From the NCBI GenBank assembly GCA_963785235.1, contig CAWAUM010000013.1:173540-237539 (forward strand): a stretch of 64,000 nt of DNA, in the 5' to 3' direction. A model generated the notes under the pieces. That model saw only the letters and a list, made by a program, of their open reading frames with translations, made no database searches and was not told where the DNA came from. Positions 30,481 to 42,040 of this stretch are shown here, piece after piece (position 1 is the first letter of the stretch; the number at the start of each line of letters is the position of its first letter). The stretch is from an uncultured delta proteobacterium. GTDB lineage: Bacteria; Desulfobacterota; Desulfomonilia; UBA1062. The position numbers and the translations under genes are program-made.

Positions 30481-31566
30481 ATGGGTGCATTGGATCATGT
30501 AATGGATAAGAAAGCACGCTTTGAACTAGGCCACATGGAAAAGATACGGAGGTCAATCTACGTCTTTCTCAGGGACCAGCTTGAAAGAAGGCTCATCTCC
30601 ATTGCCCTGGAGACACCGTATCGCCTCTGCCGTGTTAAAGACATGCCCTATCCCTATGTGGAAGCCGGTGACCTGAAACCCAAGAAGAAAGAGTTCATGA
30701 AGGATTCCTTCGTATCCGAGCCTTTTATCATCATCTTCTGCGAGGACAGTATTGATGAGGTGCATCAGAAGTACATCCGTTTTTCGGAATCCAACAGGGT
30801 AAGGAAGGACAACCTCTCGCTCATCTCGGGAATAAAACTGCAGCGCTCCTTCTACTCAACCGCCCGTTTCTTCGAGCGGGACTCGTTCTTCGACCTTTTA
30901 GAACAGCTTCTGGATATGGACTACTGCTTCCTCATCCAGCGCGACAACCGCTATAAAAAACAGGACCGCTACTGTCTTACCCACTTCCACGTAAAGATCG
31001 ACTGGCCCATTGCAGATGCAGCGGAAAGTCTTGCAAAGGAGCTCCGCTACATCTCAAAAAACCTCTACGAAAAGGGCGACCGGTACGCAGAGATCCTGCA
31101 GCAGAAGCTCTTTGAATATTACGGCTGCCACCACCAGGCAACAGGCGGAAGGCGCTCGGCAGCGCTGATTGCGGCCCAATACTTAAAGAACGTGCCCTAC
31201 CTCTCCACGGTTTATGTATCAAGCGCCGAGACCAAGACACTCACCAGCTACTCGGAAAGGGGCACCTGCCGATACGCAATTGTTCAGTTCGATAAACAAT
31301 TCGCCAAGACGGTTATCGAGTGCCACGGGCTGACCGAATCGAGCTTCCGCCAGGGTTATGTCATAGGAGAGGCGGAGAATACCTTTGATGTCATGCTCTT
31401 TGTTAACTATGAACATACGGAATGGGGTAACCCGCCCTTGGACGGAAAGCTGAGGATACTTAAGCCCGACTATGCCTGGCTTGCAGTGGAAACCGAAATG
31501 GTGCTGCCCAAAACGGATGCCATAAATTACAGGCCTCTCCAGGTGAAATGGGTGTACAAAGGCTGA
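30481..31566 (+). CDS. Hypothetical protein (about 355-361 aa)
   Basis: Long ORF between rnpB and folD; start moved downstream of rnpB; no family recognised. Confidence 0.75.
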   Translation: MGALDHVMDKKARFELGHMEKIRRSIYVFLRDQLERRLISIALETPYRLCRVKDMPYPYVEAGDLKPKKKEFMKDSFVSEPFIIIFCEDSIDEVHQKYIRFSESNRVRKDNLSLISGIKLQRSFYSTARFFERDSFFDLLEQLLDMDYCFLIQRDNRYKKQDRYCLTHFHVKIDWPIADAAESLAKELRYISKNLYEKGDRYAEILQQKLFEYYGCHHQATGGRRSAALIAAQYLKNVPYLSTVYVSSAETKTLTSYSERGTCRYAIVQFDKQFAKTVIECHGLTESSFRQGYVIGEAENTFDVMLFVNYEHTEWGNPPLDGKLRILKPDYAWLAVETEMVLPKTDAINYRPLQVKWVYKG

Positions 31567-31585
31567 CATGATTTCAGGAGGACAT

Positions 31586-32437
31586 TTGAAGGCAACCATC
31601 ATAGACGGCAACGAGCTTTCCAAGAAGAAACGCTTGTGCATTGCCCAGGAAACCCAAGAATTCACCAGGAAGCACGGAAGGGCCCCGGGGCTTGCCGTGG
31701 TGCTGGTGGGGGAAGACCCTGCATCGGCCATTTACGTGAGGAACAAGAAAAAGGCCTGCGAAACGGCGGGAATCCGTTCTTTTGATTACCAGCTCGATGC
31801 AGCGGCAGAAAGAGAAGATCTGCTGGCCCTGGTCCATAAGCTCAATACCGATCCCGAGGTGGACGGCATACTGGTGCAGCTCCCCCTTCCCTCACATCTG
31901 GATGCCCAGGAGGTTCTGCTCACCATTGACCCGGGCAAGGATGTGGACGGGTTCCACCCCTACAACATGGGCAGGCTGCTCACCGGCGAGCCCACTCTCG
32001 TTCCCTGCACCCCTGGCGGTATCATGTACATGCTGAGCGAACACGGTGTTACACTTAAGGGCAAGGATGCAGTGGTAGTGGGCCGCAGCAACATCGTGGG
32101 AAAGCCCATGGCTCTGCTGCTCATGATGGAACACGCCACCGTCACCATCTGCCACTCGCGCACCGTGAATCTGGATAAGAAGGTCAAGGCTGCGGATGTT
32201 GTTGTTGCAGCCATCGGCAAGGCTGAAATGATCAGGGGCGAATGGATCAAAGACGGGGCCGTGGTGATCGATGTGGGCATGAACAGGACTGATTCAGGAT
32301 TAAAGGGCGACGTGCAGTTTGAGGAGGCATCCATGCATGCATCCCTCATAACACCCGTACCCGGAGGTGTGGGGCCGATGACCATCACCATGCTGCTGGA
32401 CAACACGTTGCGTGCTGCAAAAAGTCATGTATCCTGA
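31586..32437 (+). CDS. folD: Methylenetetrahydrofolate dehydrogenase/cyclohydrolase
   Basis: [48 protein letters not shown]; AGGAGG before TTG. Confidence 0.97.
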   Translation: MKATIIDGNELSKKKRLCIAQETQEFTRKHGRAPGLAVVLVGEDPASAIYVRNKKKACETAGIRSFDYQLDAAAEREDLLALVHKLNTDPEVDGILVQLPLPSHLDAQEVLLTIDPGKDVDGFHPYNMGRLLTGEPTLVPCTPGGIMYMLSEHGVTLKGKDAVVVGRSNIVGKPMALLLMMEHATVTICHSRTVNLDKKVKAADVVVAAIGKAEMIRGEWIKDGAVVIDVGMNRTDSGLKGDVQFEEASMHASLITPVPGGVGPMTITMLLDNTLRAAKSHVS

Positions 32438-32460
32438 GCTAATTGCATACGTCCGAAATT

Positions 32461-32488
32461 GTCATTCCCGCGGAAGCTTCGAATCCAG
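32461..32488 (+). repeat. Degenerate GTCATTCCCGC...GAATCCAG palindromic repeat
   Basis: GTCATTCCCGCGGAAGCTTCGAATCCAG resembles a widespread REP-like element; right arm decayed. Confidence 0.45.
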
Positions 32489-32527
32489 TCAAGCCAGTAC
32501 ACATATAAACCTCCCAAGGAGGGGAAC

Positions 32528-33427
32528 ATGATGAAAAAATCATTCCTTGTCTTCATTTCTCTCATTTTTGCCATAACTTTATACGCTGAAGAATTAAAAC
32601 CCATACAGCTCCTTGCACCACAGCTTGATAAAGGAAAAACCTTGATGCAGGCCTTGGTGGAGAGAAAATCTTCACGATCCTTCAGCGCGAACAAATTGCC
32701 TGACAGGATACTTTCAAATATGCTCTGGGCCGCCTGCGGAATAAACAGGTCCGGGTCAGGGCATCGAACTTCACCATCGGCCATGAACTGGCAGGAAATA
32801 GATATCTATGTGGCATCATCTGAAGGGCTTTTTCTCTATGCTCCAAAAGAGCACTCCCTAAAACCTGTCCTGAACCGGGATATCAGATCCTTAACCGGAA
32901 AACAGCCATTTGTCAGCGAAGCACCCCTTGACCTCATATACGTAGCGGATCATTCAAAGATGGGTGGTGCAAACGCCGAGGAAAGAATTTTTTACTCAGC
33001 AGCTGATGCGGGTTTCATCAGTGAAAATGTCTATCTTTATTGTGCATCCGAAGGCCTAGCAACGGTCGTAAGGGGGCTCATCGACAGGGAACTCCTTGCC
33101 GATGCCATGAAACTCCGCACCAATCAAAAGATCATCCTGGCACAAACCGTTGGATACCCGGCAGGAACAAAAGCCGACACAGGCCCGGGGGTGTTTAACC
33201 TCAACAAGGCTACCTACGATCAGCTTAAGATGTGCCCATTTTTAGGTGAGACTCTTGCCAGAAAAATAATTGACTATCGATTCGCCCACGGCCCCTTCGA
33301 CACCATCAACGACCTCTTCAGGGTGAGGGGAGTAACCTGGGAGCTGATCGATAAACTAAAGCCATACCTTGTCCTGGAAGGCAACACGACCTTTGACTTA
33401 ACAAGCCTTAGAAATACCGGGAGCTGA
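32528..33427 (+). CDS. Exported SagB/nitroreductase-family protein fused to a ComEA-like helix-hairpin-helix domain
   Basis: Signal peptide; RKSSRSF, LWAACGINR, RTSPSAMN, ENVYLYCASEGL; C-terminal NLNKAT..QL..CPFLGETLARKIIDYR..GPF..INDL.RVRGV. Confidence 0.85.
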   Translation: MMKKSFLVFISLIFAITLYAEELKPIQLLAPQLDKGKTLMQALVERKSSRSFSANKLPDRILSNMLWAACGINRSGSGHRTSPSAMNWQEIDIYVASSEGLFLYAPKEHSLKPVLNRDIRSLTGKQPFVSEAPLDLIYVADHSKMGGANAEERIFYSAADAGFISENVYLYCASEGLATVVRGLIDRELLADAMKLRTNQKIILAQTVGYPAGTKADTGPGVFNLNKATYDQLKMCPFLGETLARKIIDYRFAHGPFDTINDLFRVRGVTWELIDKLKPYLVLEGNTTFDLTSLRNTGS

Positions 33428-33456
33428 ATTCAGTACATTCAATTGTACATTACGGA

Positions 33457-33499
33457 AATACAAAAGCCCTACCTGGAGTGCAGGTAGGGCTTTTGTATT
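33457..33499. terminator. Bidirectional intrinsic terminator
   Basis: AATACAAAAGCCCTACCTG-GAGTG-CAGGTAGGGCTTTTGTATT between convergent genes. Confidence 0.85.
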
Positions 33500-33518
33500 C
33501 AAATGAGAGAACAGCCTA

Positions 33519-36171
33519 TCAGTCGAACAGAGGGAATGGCCTCGGTTCAAACGGATCGAATACCGGTGTCATGCTGAAGAAGTTGGGATCAAACACCGGA
33601 CTCGGAGGGAAGCCGAGTATATTGCCGGACTCACCCAGCGGGAACATGCTCTCGATCCGGATCGGTCCAGAATGACCCAATTCAACGCAGTGCGCATAGG
33701 TAGAGCGTGAAGAGAACGGCATTGCATGAAGCACGCCGAGCAGATCGTGCCTGTAGGTAATCACATCGCGCTTACCGCTGCCCCATGGCTGATTACCAAG
33801 CCTTGCAAGCACGTTATCGAGTGCCTTGACAATAATATCATCAGCGGTCTGGGGCGCTGCCGGGTCCGAAGCGTTCTTAAACCAGTTGTAGTTATTGACG
33901 ATAGAGCTGCCAGGCAGGCCATGGAGGAAGACATTGAACAAGCGGTACATACCCACTGTATTTATGAGAGAGGATCCCAGCTCATCTGCAAAGGTGAGCG
34001 TGATCGCCTCACGGATCCAGGCATCCTGGAGCATCCATGCATCGGCGCGGTCAGTCCCCTGTGCCCATTCGGACGGCCCTCCTTCGACAAAATGGCCGTC
34101 CCATGCCGATAGGAGGTTAAGCGCTGCCTGCTGTTCACCTGTCGGCCCGGAACTGGTAACGGCATTGATGAACTCATCCGCCACAAAATCCCACGGAACA
34201 CCGCCGCCGCCGAATGAATCGGTTGTGGCGATATTCAGGGCCAGATCCCGCACTTCTTCGTAGGTGAGATTGTCATTTTTAGACAGATAGTCATCGACTA
34301 CATGTGCCCGGTGGAACGGACCGAAGAAATAAGACGAGGGGTTGTTGTAGGAGTCGGCGTAGGTGGCATTGCTCTTGTTGTTCCACCCGCAGTAATACCC
34401 CCTGGCTATGTTGCGGTCCGTTGAACGGGGGATAAGCACTGCGGCATCCCATTCCAGCGGGGTCTCCTGCAGCACCCTGGGGCAACCGCCATTCACCGGC
34501 CGGCCTCACCGGGTCGCGGCCTGACATCCAGTAGGCAATATTTCCATCCTTGTCTGCGTAGCAGAAGTGCTGGCTCACCGCTACACCTTCAATGCCCTTT
34601 CCGAAGTCATCCATGCTCTTGGCACGTGCAAGCGCAAGGATCGCACCGACTGACTGGAACTCATACCCCCAGTGGGCATATTTCCAGGAAATGAGAGGGG
34701 TCTGGTTGATAATCGGCCCGCGGGCGCTACGAACTACCGGCAACTGAACATCAGCCTCGCCTCTGACATGGATAATCTCCATGCGCGCAGGGAGGAGGTT
34801 GCCAGGGGACTCAAGGTAATAATCCACGGTGTGGGCGTGCCCTACCTGCATGGACCACGCATGATGGGGCGTCCGCCCGATGATGATGCCGGGAATACCG
34901 GGAACCGACATGCCCGAGATATTTACCCCCCCGCCCCTGATGGAGCCCTCGATGGTGATGGAAGGTACAGAGAATCCCATCTGCGGACCGGAGTAGATGA
35001 TCGGCTTATGATGAGCTGTTTTGTTTCCGGAGACGACCCATGCATAGCTCCCCATCTTCACGAACGCGTTGATCTTCTTCAGGTTCTCCATGGCATTATT
35101 CATCCGCCCGGTTATCTCTTCCGCAGCCGTTTCGAAATCGGCAGTGATAACGGGTGCCGGGGCTGCCGCCTCCGGAGCAGCTATCTCCGGGGCCGCCTTC
35201 ATCATCGCCATTGGTGCAGCCGAAGGGATATAGGTGAGTGCCTCCGGATCGTTTACCCATCTGAGGTCATTAAACTTTGCCATTCCGAGCTGCTGGTACA
35301 ACACAAGGTTATCTATCTGGCCGGTCTTAAAGGCCTCGCAGTCGAACTGTCTCAGCAACAAAGCCATCCATGCCAGGACATCGGCCTCATCCCAGTATGC
35401 CGGAGTGAAGCCCAGCACTAAGAATTCGAAAGGCAAAAGGGTCGGGTTTGCCTTGATCTCATCGATCCGTTTGTTTATGCCTTCCACATATGACTCGACA
35501 ATGATCTGTTCCTCCCGGCTGAGGGCATCGAATCCATCGAACAGCTCCTGATCACTATAGCCGAAGGTCCGCATGAGGATATCCGTAGACAGCTGCGGCG
35601 ATCCAAAAACCTCGGCAAGCCTGCCCCTGGCGGAACGTCGGTATGTCTCCATCTGCCACAGTCTGTCAGTGGCTACTGCATACCCCATTGACTCCATTAC
35701 ATCACCAAGCGAGCCCCCGCTGATGAACCATACGCCTTTTCCATCCCGAACAGTCTTGACCGGCCTGTACTCAACCTTGAATCCACGGACATCCAAATCC
35801 TTTTTGTTCCCGCTTCCATTGATGCTCGTAACAAGCAGATTGAGCTTGGACCATGATGAGTTCTGCCCGATAATATGGCAATTCAGTCCATCTTCGGGGG
35901 TCACATAAGCATGGACACCTCCGGGGACAGGTGTGAAACGGTCAGTGATTTCATACCCGTTGAGCCAGGCTTCAAAGGTGTTAGTCAGGGCACCCCCCTG
36001 GAATGATACAACGATCTCCACAGGATGGTAATCGAGGTTCTGCATGGTCTTGGGTGCTTCAATGCGCGCAAGATCGGCCCATATCCAATGCCAGTAGGAC
36101 AGAACGGGAAGTGCAGAGAGCACCCCGCATACAACAAGCGCAGCACAGACAAAACGCGATTTTTTCCCCAT
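33519..36171 (-). CDS. Penicillin acylase family Ntn-hydrolase (frameshift near 34464)
   Basis: GYAVATDRLWQME, GRLAEVFG, GSYAWVVSG beta-chain start, YADKDGNIAY, GWNNK in the downstream frame. Confidence 0.85.
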
Positions 36172-36757
36172 AAATACCTCCTTAGACTTCTATTGAGTTT
36201 TGCGGTAAGCCAATCAGCAAAACCCTTCAGCGAAGGTTTCGGTGCTTCAACTCAGGAAGACAGACAGCAGAAAAGGCTCCCCTGCCACGATCCGGTACCC
36301 CCTCTATATTCTAACAAACCGGAATCGTGACAGGGATAATCGGGTGTCAATGATATCATTCGGTTTATAGAACCGCATGATAACCCCCATGCAACAATTT
36401 TTTAGCAAATTCAAAAGCGCACCCCTCTTTTCAAAGAAATGGGGATAGTCCTCCAAGCAAAATCATCTAAGATGTGCGGACGGTGGTCTTCGTGATGTAT
36501 TATCAGCAGTCAACAGATTGGCTTACCAGATTTTGTTATGCAAAAATCATGCTGATAATACCTGCAAAGAAATGATTATGTTACGATTTTCGTAGAGGAA
36601 TATCATAAGAAAAATGGAAATTATCATTCTTGAATGTGGAAGAAGTTTTCCATTAATCATTTGATATGGTACACCCACCTGTTGCATGTCTTGTCCGTGC
36701 GTGCTAAAGATGAGGCATTCACCGGTTTTCTTTGATGATATGAATGAAGAGGTTTCC

Positions 36758-37838
36758 ATGAAGACCCCGCTCCATCATGAGCACGAAACACTGAACGCCA
36801 AGATGGTGGATTTCCATGGCTGGGACAATGCCTGTCTGGTATACCGGCATCAAGGAAGAGCACATGGCCACCAGGAGGCATGCGGGTCTGTTCGATGTGA
36901 GCCACATGGGCGAGATCGAGGTGAAAGGGGACATGGCCGTACGTTATCTTGACCACCTCCTCACCAGGGACATCGCTTCCATGGATCAGGGACAGGCCCT
37001 GTACACCTTCCTCCTGAACGATGGGGGCGGAATCGTAGACGACCTGTTCATCTACTGCATGGAGCCCGGAAAGCGCTACCTGCTCTGCGTCAATTCCGCG
37101 AACAAGGATAAGGATTATGGCTGGATGCTCAAGCAGAACACATGCGGGGCCGTTATTGAAGATCTGAGCGAGAGCTACGCCATGATTGCACTGCAGGGCC
37201 CGGCCTCTGGCCAGATCCTCAAGACCTGCCTTTCATTCAACCTTGAGGGACTGCCTTTCCATACCTTTGCCACTCTCGAAACAAAGGCCTATAACACGCT
37301 GACTATCTCACATACCGGATATACCGGAGCAGGCGGGGTGGAGATCTTCCTTTCTCCTGAAAAAGTCACTGACCTCTGGCATTCGTTCATCATCGCGGGC
37401 GCTGTCCCATGCGGGCTGGGCGCACGTGACACACTGAGGCTAGAAATGGGCTATCCCCTTCACGGCAACGACCTCACCGAGTCCACTACCCCGCTGGAGG
37501 CGGGACTGGGCTTTGCCGTGGATCTGAAGAAGTCGGATTTCATAGGCAGGCAGGCACTTGTGGATCAGCAGCAAAAGGGCTTCACAAGACGTCTTACCGG
37601 CCTTATTATGCTGGATAGAGGCATTGCGCGCGAGGGCTGCAGGTGCATGAAGGACGGCAATGAGATGGGCATTGTCACATCAGGGAGCATCTCGCCGGTA
37701 TCAGGGTCGGGAATAGCCCTTGGCTATATAGACAAGTCCGTCAAAGAGGGCGATGATGTGTTCATCGAGGTGAGGGGCAAAAACCTTAAGGCGCGGGTGA
37801 AGAAGCCTCCCTTTGTGAGCGGGGTTCTCAAGGCATGA
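36758..37838 (+). CDS. gcvT: Glycine cleavage aminomethyltransferase T (frameshift near 36825)
   Basis: MKTPLH..H...AKMVDFHGW, then MPVWY, GLFDVSHMG, TGYTG, GLGARDTLRLE. Confidence 0.93.
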
Positions 37839-37863
37839 AATTATATTTTTGTGAGGACACAAG

Positions 37864-38253
37864 ATGATCATTCCGGATGGTTTGCATTATACAAAAGAAC
37901 ATGAATGGGCAAAGACCGAAGACGGCTCGGTGCGCATGGGTATCACGGACTATGCCCAGCATGAGCTTGGGGACATTGTGTTTGTCGACCTCAAGCCGGC
38001 AGGCAGCAAGGTTAAGAAGGGCGATTCCATCGGCACTGTGGAATCGGTAAAGGCGGTTTCCGAGGTCTACTCTCCGGTGTCAGGAACAGTAACCGAGGCG
38101 AACACCGAACTGGAGACGAGCCCCGAACTCGTCAACCAGGACTGCTACGGAAAGGGATGGATGGTCGTCATTGCCACCCCTGATGCAGGCGAACTTGGCA
38201 GCCTCATGGATACGAAAGCCTACCGGGACTATCTCGCAAAAGAAGCCAAGTAA
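37864..38253 (+). CDS. gcvH: Glycine cleavage H protein
   Basis: YTKEHEW, GITDYAQ, VESVKAVS lipoyl-Lys. Confidence 0.96.
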   Translation: MIIPDGLHYTKEHEWAKTEDGSVRMGITDYAQHELGDIVFVDLKPAGSKVKKGDSIGTVESVKAVSEVYSPVSGTVTEANTELETSPELVNQDCYGKGWMVVIATPDAGELGSLMDTKAYRDYLAKEAK

Positions 38254-39556
38254 ATGCCCTTTCTCCCCACAAGCGGCCATGACCTCAAAGAGCTCCTCGA
38301 TGCCATAGGTATCGAGGATGTGGAACAGCTCTTTGCAGGCATCCCGGAAGAGGCCCGCTGCAAGGCACCCCTCAAGGTGGAAGGCCCCCTGGACGAGCTC
38401 ACTCTGCGCAGGCGCTTCCGGATACCCGCGCAAGGCCCTGTCTTTGTAGGCGGCGGAATCTATCGCCACTTCATCCCTGCTGTTGTGGATGCAATAGCCT
38501 CCCGGCAGGAATTTCTCACCGCCTATACCCCGTACCAACCGGAGATCAGCCAGGGAACTCTGCAGGCCACCTTCGAATTCCAGAGCATGATGGCAACGCT
38601 GGCCGGCATGGATGCATCCAATGCCTCCATGTACGACGGGGCCACGGCCCTGGCAGAGGCGGCCATCATGGCTACACGGGCAAAGGGGGTTGAGAGGATT
38701 GTTATCTCGCGGGCCACGAACCCTGCCTACCGGGGCGTGGTGCAGACTTATTTCAAGAATAACCCTGAAGTGACCCTCGTGGAGGCACCCTTTGATCCTG
38801 TGACGGGAAAGATAAACACAAAGGCTCTGGAAGACCTTTTAGACGGCAATACCGCCTTCTTCATCCAGCAGCCCAACTATTTCGGCATCATTGAGGACAT
38901 GGAGAGCATCTCACACCTCGCAGCCAAGGCAGCTTTCTGGGGCATAGTAGTGGGCGAGGCTCTCTCTTTCGGTGCGCTTAAAGCAGCCCGGCTCATTCGG
39001 GTGCGATGTGGTTGTGGGCGAGGCCCAGTCATTGGGCAACCCGGCAAATGCAGGAGGGCCGCTGCTGGGATTCTTCTGCACCAAGAAAGAGCACATCAGG
39101 CGCATACCGGGCAGGATCGTGGGACTTACGAAAGATCAGGCAGGAAAACGCGCCTTCTGCCTGACGCTCTCCACACGCGAACAGCATATCCGTCGGGAAA
39201 AGGCCACTTCGAACATATGCACCAACGAGGGTCTGTGCACATTACGCACCGCGGTTTATCTGAGCGCACTCGGGCCCAGGGGCCTGCGCGATGTGGCCAT
39301 GCAGTGCGCCGCAGGGGCGAGCACCCTGATGGCGTCACTAAAGGAAAAGGGGATAAACCCTGTGTTCACTTCAGGTGTTTTCAATGAATTCGTGGTCCGG
39401 ATGGACAGGGGCACCTGCATGAAACTTGAGGACAAAGGCATTGCCTATGGCATCCCTTTGAACTCTCACTATCCGGAGATTGAAGACGGGGTGCTCATGA
39501 CCATGACCGAGATGAACACGAATGAGGATATCAGATGCCTGACAGATCTGCTGTGA
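38254..39556 (+). CDS. gcvPA: Glycine dehydrogenase subunit 1 (frameshift near 38982)
   Basis: TAYTPYQPEISQG, NASMYDG, then TREQHIRREKATSNICTN in the +1 frame. Confidence 0.93.
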
Positions 39557-41012
39557 CAAGCTTCCCCGTAGATCCTCGAGCCTCTGCTTGCAGAACTGTC
39601 CGGACAGGGCAGGAACGGGCTTTCAACCCCGCGGCCCTTTGACGAATCATTATGCAAAGACCTGCCCGGCAACCCCGACCTGCCCGGATTGCCGGAGGTC
39701 TCGGAGGTGGAGACCGTGCGCCACTTTACCAGGCTCTCACGGCTCAACTTCGGAATCGATCAGGGCATGTACCCCCTGGGCTCCTGCACCATGAAATACA
39801 ATCCGAAAATAAGCGAGGAGATTGTCCGCACCATCGCGGCCATCCATCCGGCAGACAAGGCTGCAAACGAGAACGTGCTTGAGTGGTTATTCGGGCTCAA
39901 AGGCATCCTTGAAGAAATCTGCGGCATGGATGATTGTTGTCTGTGGCCAGCCGCAGGCGCCCACGGCGAGCTTACCGGCATGCTTGTCATCAAGGAGGCC
40001 ATAAAGAAGAAAGGGCTCTGATCGCACCAAGGTGCTCATCCCGGATACGGCACATGGCACCAACCCGGCTTCCTGCGCCATCGCCGGTTTCGAAACGGTG
40101 AACATAGCATCAGGCCCTGACGGCTTTCTGAGGGCCTCCGACCTCAAGGGTCTCCTCACGGATGACATTGCAGCCCTCATGATCACCAACCCCAACACCT
40201 TAGGGATATTTGAACAGGAGATCATGGAGATTGCCCGACTCCTTCATGAGAACGGCTCATACCTCTACATGGACGGGGCAAACCTGAACGCCATCATGGG
40301 GATAGTCAGGCCGGGTGATGTGGGGGTGGACTGCATGCACATAAACCTTCACAAGACCTTTGGAGCCCCCCATGGCGGAGGAGGCCCCGGGAGCGGTCCG
40401 GTCCTGGTGAAGAAAGAGCTGGCGGGCTTCCTTCCCATACCCGTAATCGTGCGCGATTCTTCAGGAAAACTGAGCCTTCACGGCAATTCCCCTGAGACCA
40501 TCGGGATGGTCCACTCAAGCATGGGAAATACGGCGGTCCTTCTCAGGGCCTATGTCTATTGCCTGAGCCTTGGGCCACAAGGCCTCAAGGATGCATCCAT
40601 AAGGGCATGCCTGAATGCCAACTACTTGAAAAGCAGGCTCAAGGCGACATACGATCTGCCCTATACGACACCTACCATGCACGAGTTCGTCCTTTCCGAC
40701 AAGAAACAGAAATCATATGGCGCCACCACCATCGATATGGCCAAGGCGCTCATGGAATACGGCTTTCACCCGCCCACCGTTTACTTTCCACTGGTAGTGC
40801 CGGGGGCAATCATGATAGAGCCAACCGAAAGCGAGCCTCTCAGCGAACTGAAAAGGTTCGCCCAGGCCATGGAGTCAGTTGCCGCCAGGGCAGCAAACTC
40901 ACCGGGGGCCCTGCACGAAGGCCCTCATGGCATGCCCGTAATGCGCGTTGATGAAGTCCAGGCTGCGCGCAATCTCATTCTCACATGGAAAGATTTGAAT
41001 CCATCAGGATAA
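39553..41012 (+). CDS. gcvPB: Glycine dehydrogenase subunit 2 (frameshifts near 39568 and 40018)
   Basis: LPEVSE, YPLGSCTMKYNP, PAAGAHGE, AHGTNPAS, HINLHKTF..PHGGGGPG, HPPTVYFP. Confidence 0.92.
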
Positions 41013-41025
41013 AGCAGGTATCTAA

Positions 41026-41637
41026 ATGGGTAAGAAAAAGGGAATAATTTCTGATGCTATTCTGGTGAAAGATATCAAACATGGCAACGCAGCCGCCATG
41101 GAGGAGATAGTGAGGAGATATTCGAACAAGGTGTATAATCTCGCATACCATCTCACCCGTGATGCATCTGCCGCCGAAGAGATCATGCAGGAGGTCTTCC
41201 TCACCGTAATAGCAAAGATCAATACGCTCACCAATGACGCATACTTTTCCACCTGGCTCTACCGAGTAGCCACAAATGCCTCTTACGGCTTCCTCCGCAA
41301 AGAGAAAAAATTCACCGAACAGACCACCATTGAAGAGATCGACCAGGAGCCGTCTCAGGATTACGAGTACGACTGGTCGACGCTGCCGGACGATATTCTC
41401 CTGTCCGAGGAAAGCAGGACCATCCTCCAGGGCTCCATCGACTCGCTGCCCGAGGCCATGAGGACCGTGGTCATCATGAAGGATGTGGAAGGATTCTCCA
41501 ATGAAGAGATCGCACAGTCCTTAGGCGTAAGCGTCCCTGCAGTCAAATCCAGGCTGCATCGGGGACGGCTTATCCTGAGGGATGTCCTGTACGGCTATTT
41601 CAGGAAATATACACAACCTGAAGGAGAAGGCGCATGA
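41026..41637 (+). CDS. ECF sigma-70 factor
   Basis: AEEIMQEVF, FSTWLYRVA, GFSNEEIA..LG..VPAVKSRLHRGR. Confidence 0.93.
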   Translation: MGKKKGIISDAILVKDIKHGNAAAMEEIVRRYSNKVYNLAYHLTRDASAAEEIMQEVFLTVIAKINTLTNDAYFSTWLYRVATNASYGFLRKEKKFTEQTTIEEIDQEPSQDYEYDWSTLPDDILLSEESRTILQGSIDSLPEAMRTVVIMKDVEGFSNEEIAQSLGVSVPAVKSRLHRGRLILRDVLYGYFRKYTQPEGEGA

Positions 41638-41873
41638 AATGTATAGTCTGTTCCTCCTTATTCCAGGATTATTTGGAGAACAACCTCTCCCAGGACGTCA
41701 TCGATGAGATGAACGCTAATTTTAAGATCTGTGAAAAGTGCAAGATCTGCTTCAAGACCTACTCACTCACCATCGAGCTCTCTCATAAGATCAAACAGCC
41801 ATGCTGCGTAAGCCCTGAGGTTGTGGACAAGCTGAGACAGATGCTCATTGAAAGGTTCTTCACCGTCAGGTAA
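41634..41873 (+). CDS. Putative zinc-finger anti-sigma factor (79 aa)
   Basis: Overlaps the sigma stop (ATGA); MKC...DYLE..L.....xxxxCEKC layout typical of zf-HC2 domains. Confidence 0.7.
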   Translation: MKCIVCSSLFQDYLENNLSQDVIDEMNANFKICEKCKICFKTYSLTIELSHKIKQPCCVSPEVVDKLRQMLIERFFTVR

Positions 41874-42040
41874 GGCTGCATCGTTTACTTTGAGTTGGTA
41901 ATTATCGCGAGGCATCCATTGTTTATCCAAGTTTTTCGCTTAATAAACGGGATAATCCGTTAAATCAGTCATCTCAAAGCCTTTGGAGAATGATAATAGC
42001 TTATAGTATTTTGTTACTTCATCAGCGTCATCGACGAGTA

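Noticed and set aside
36200-36757. Glycine or c-di-GMP riboswitch between the acylase gene and gcvT
   Set aside because: Only a simple hairpin near 36221-36241; the conserved aptamer motifs were not found
40019-40021. Selenocysteine readthrough at TGA in gcvPB
   Set aside because: The protein continues in a different frame, so this is an indel rather than an in-frame UGA
36758-41012. Programmed frameshifting or pseudogenisation of the gcv operon
   Set aside because: No shared slippery motif, protein motifs are intact, and the same +1 pattern occurs in unrelated genes; sequencing error is more likely
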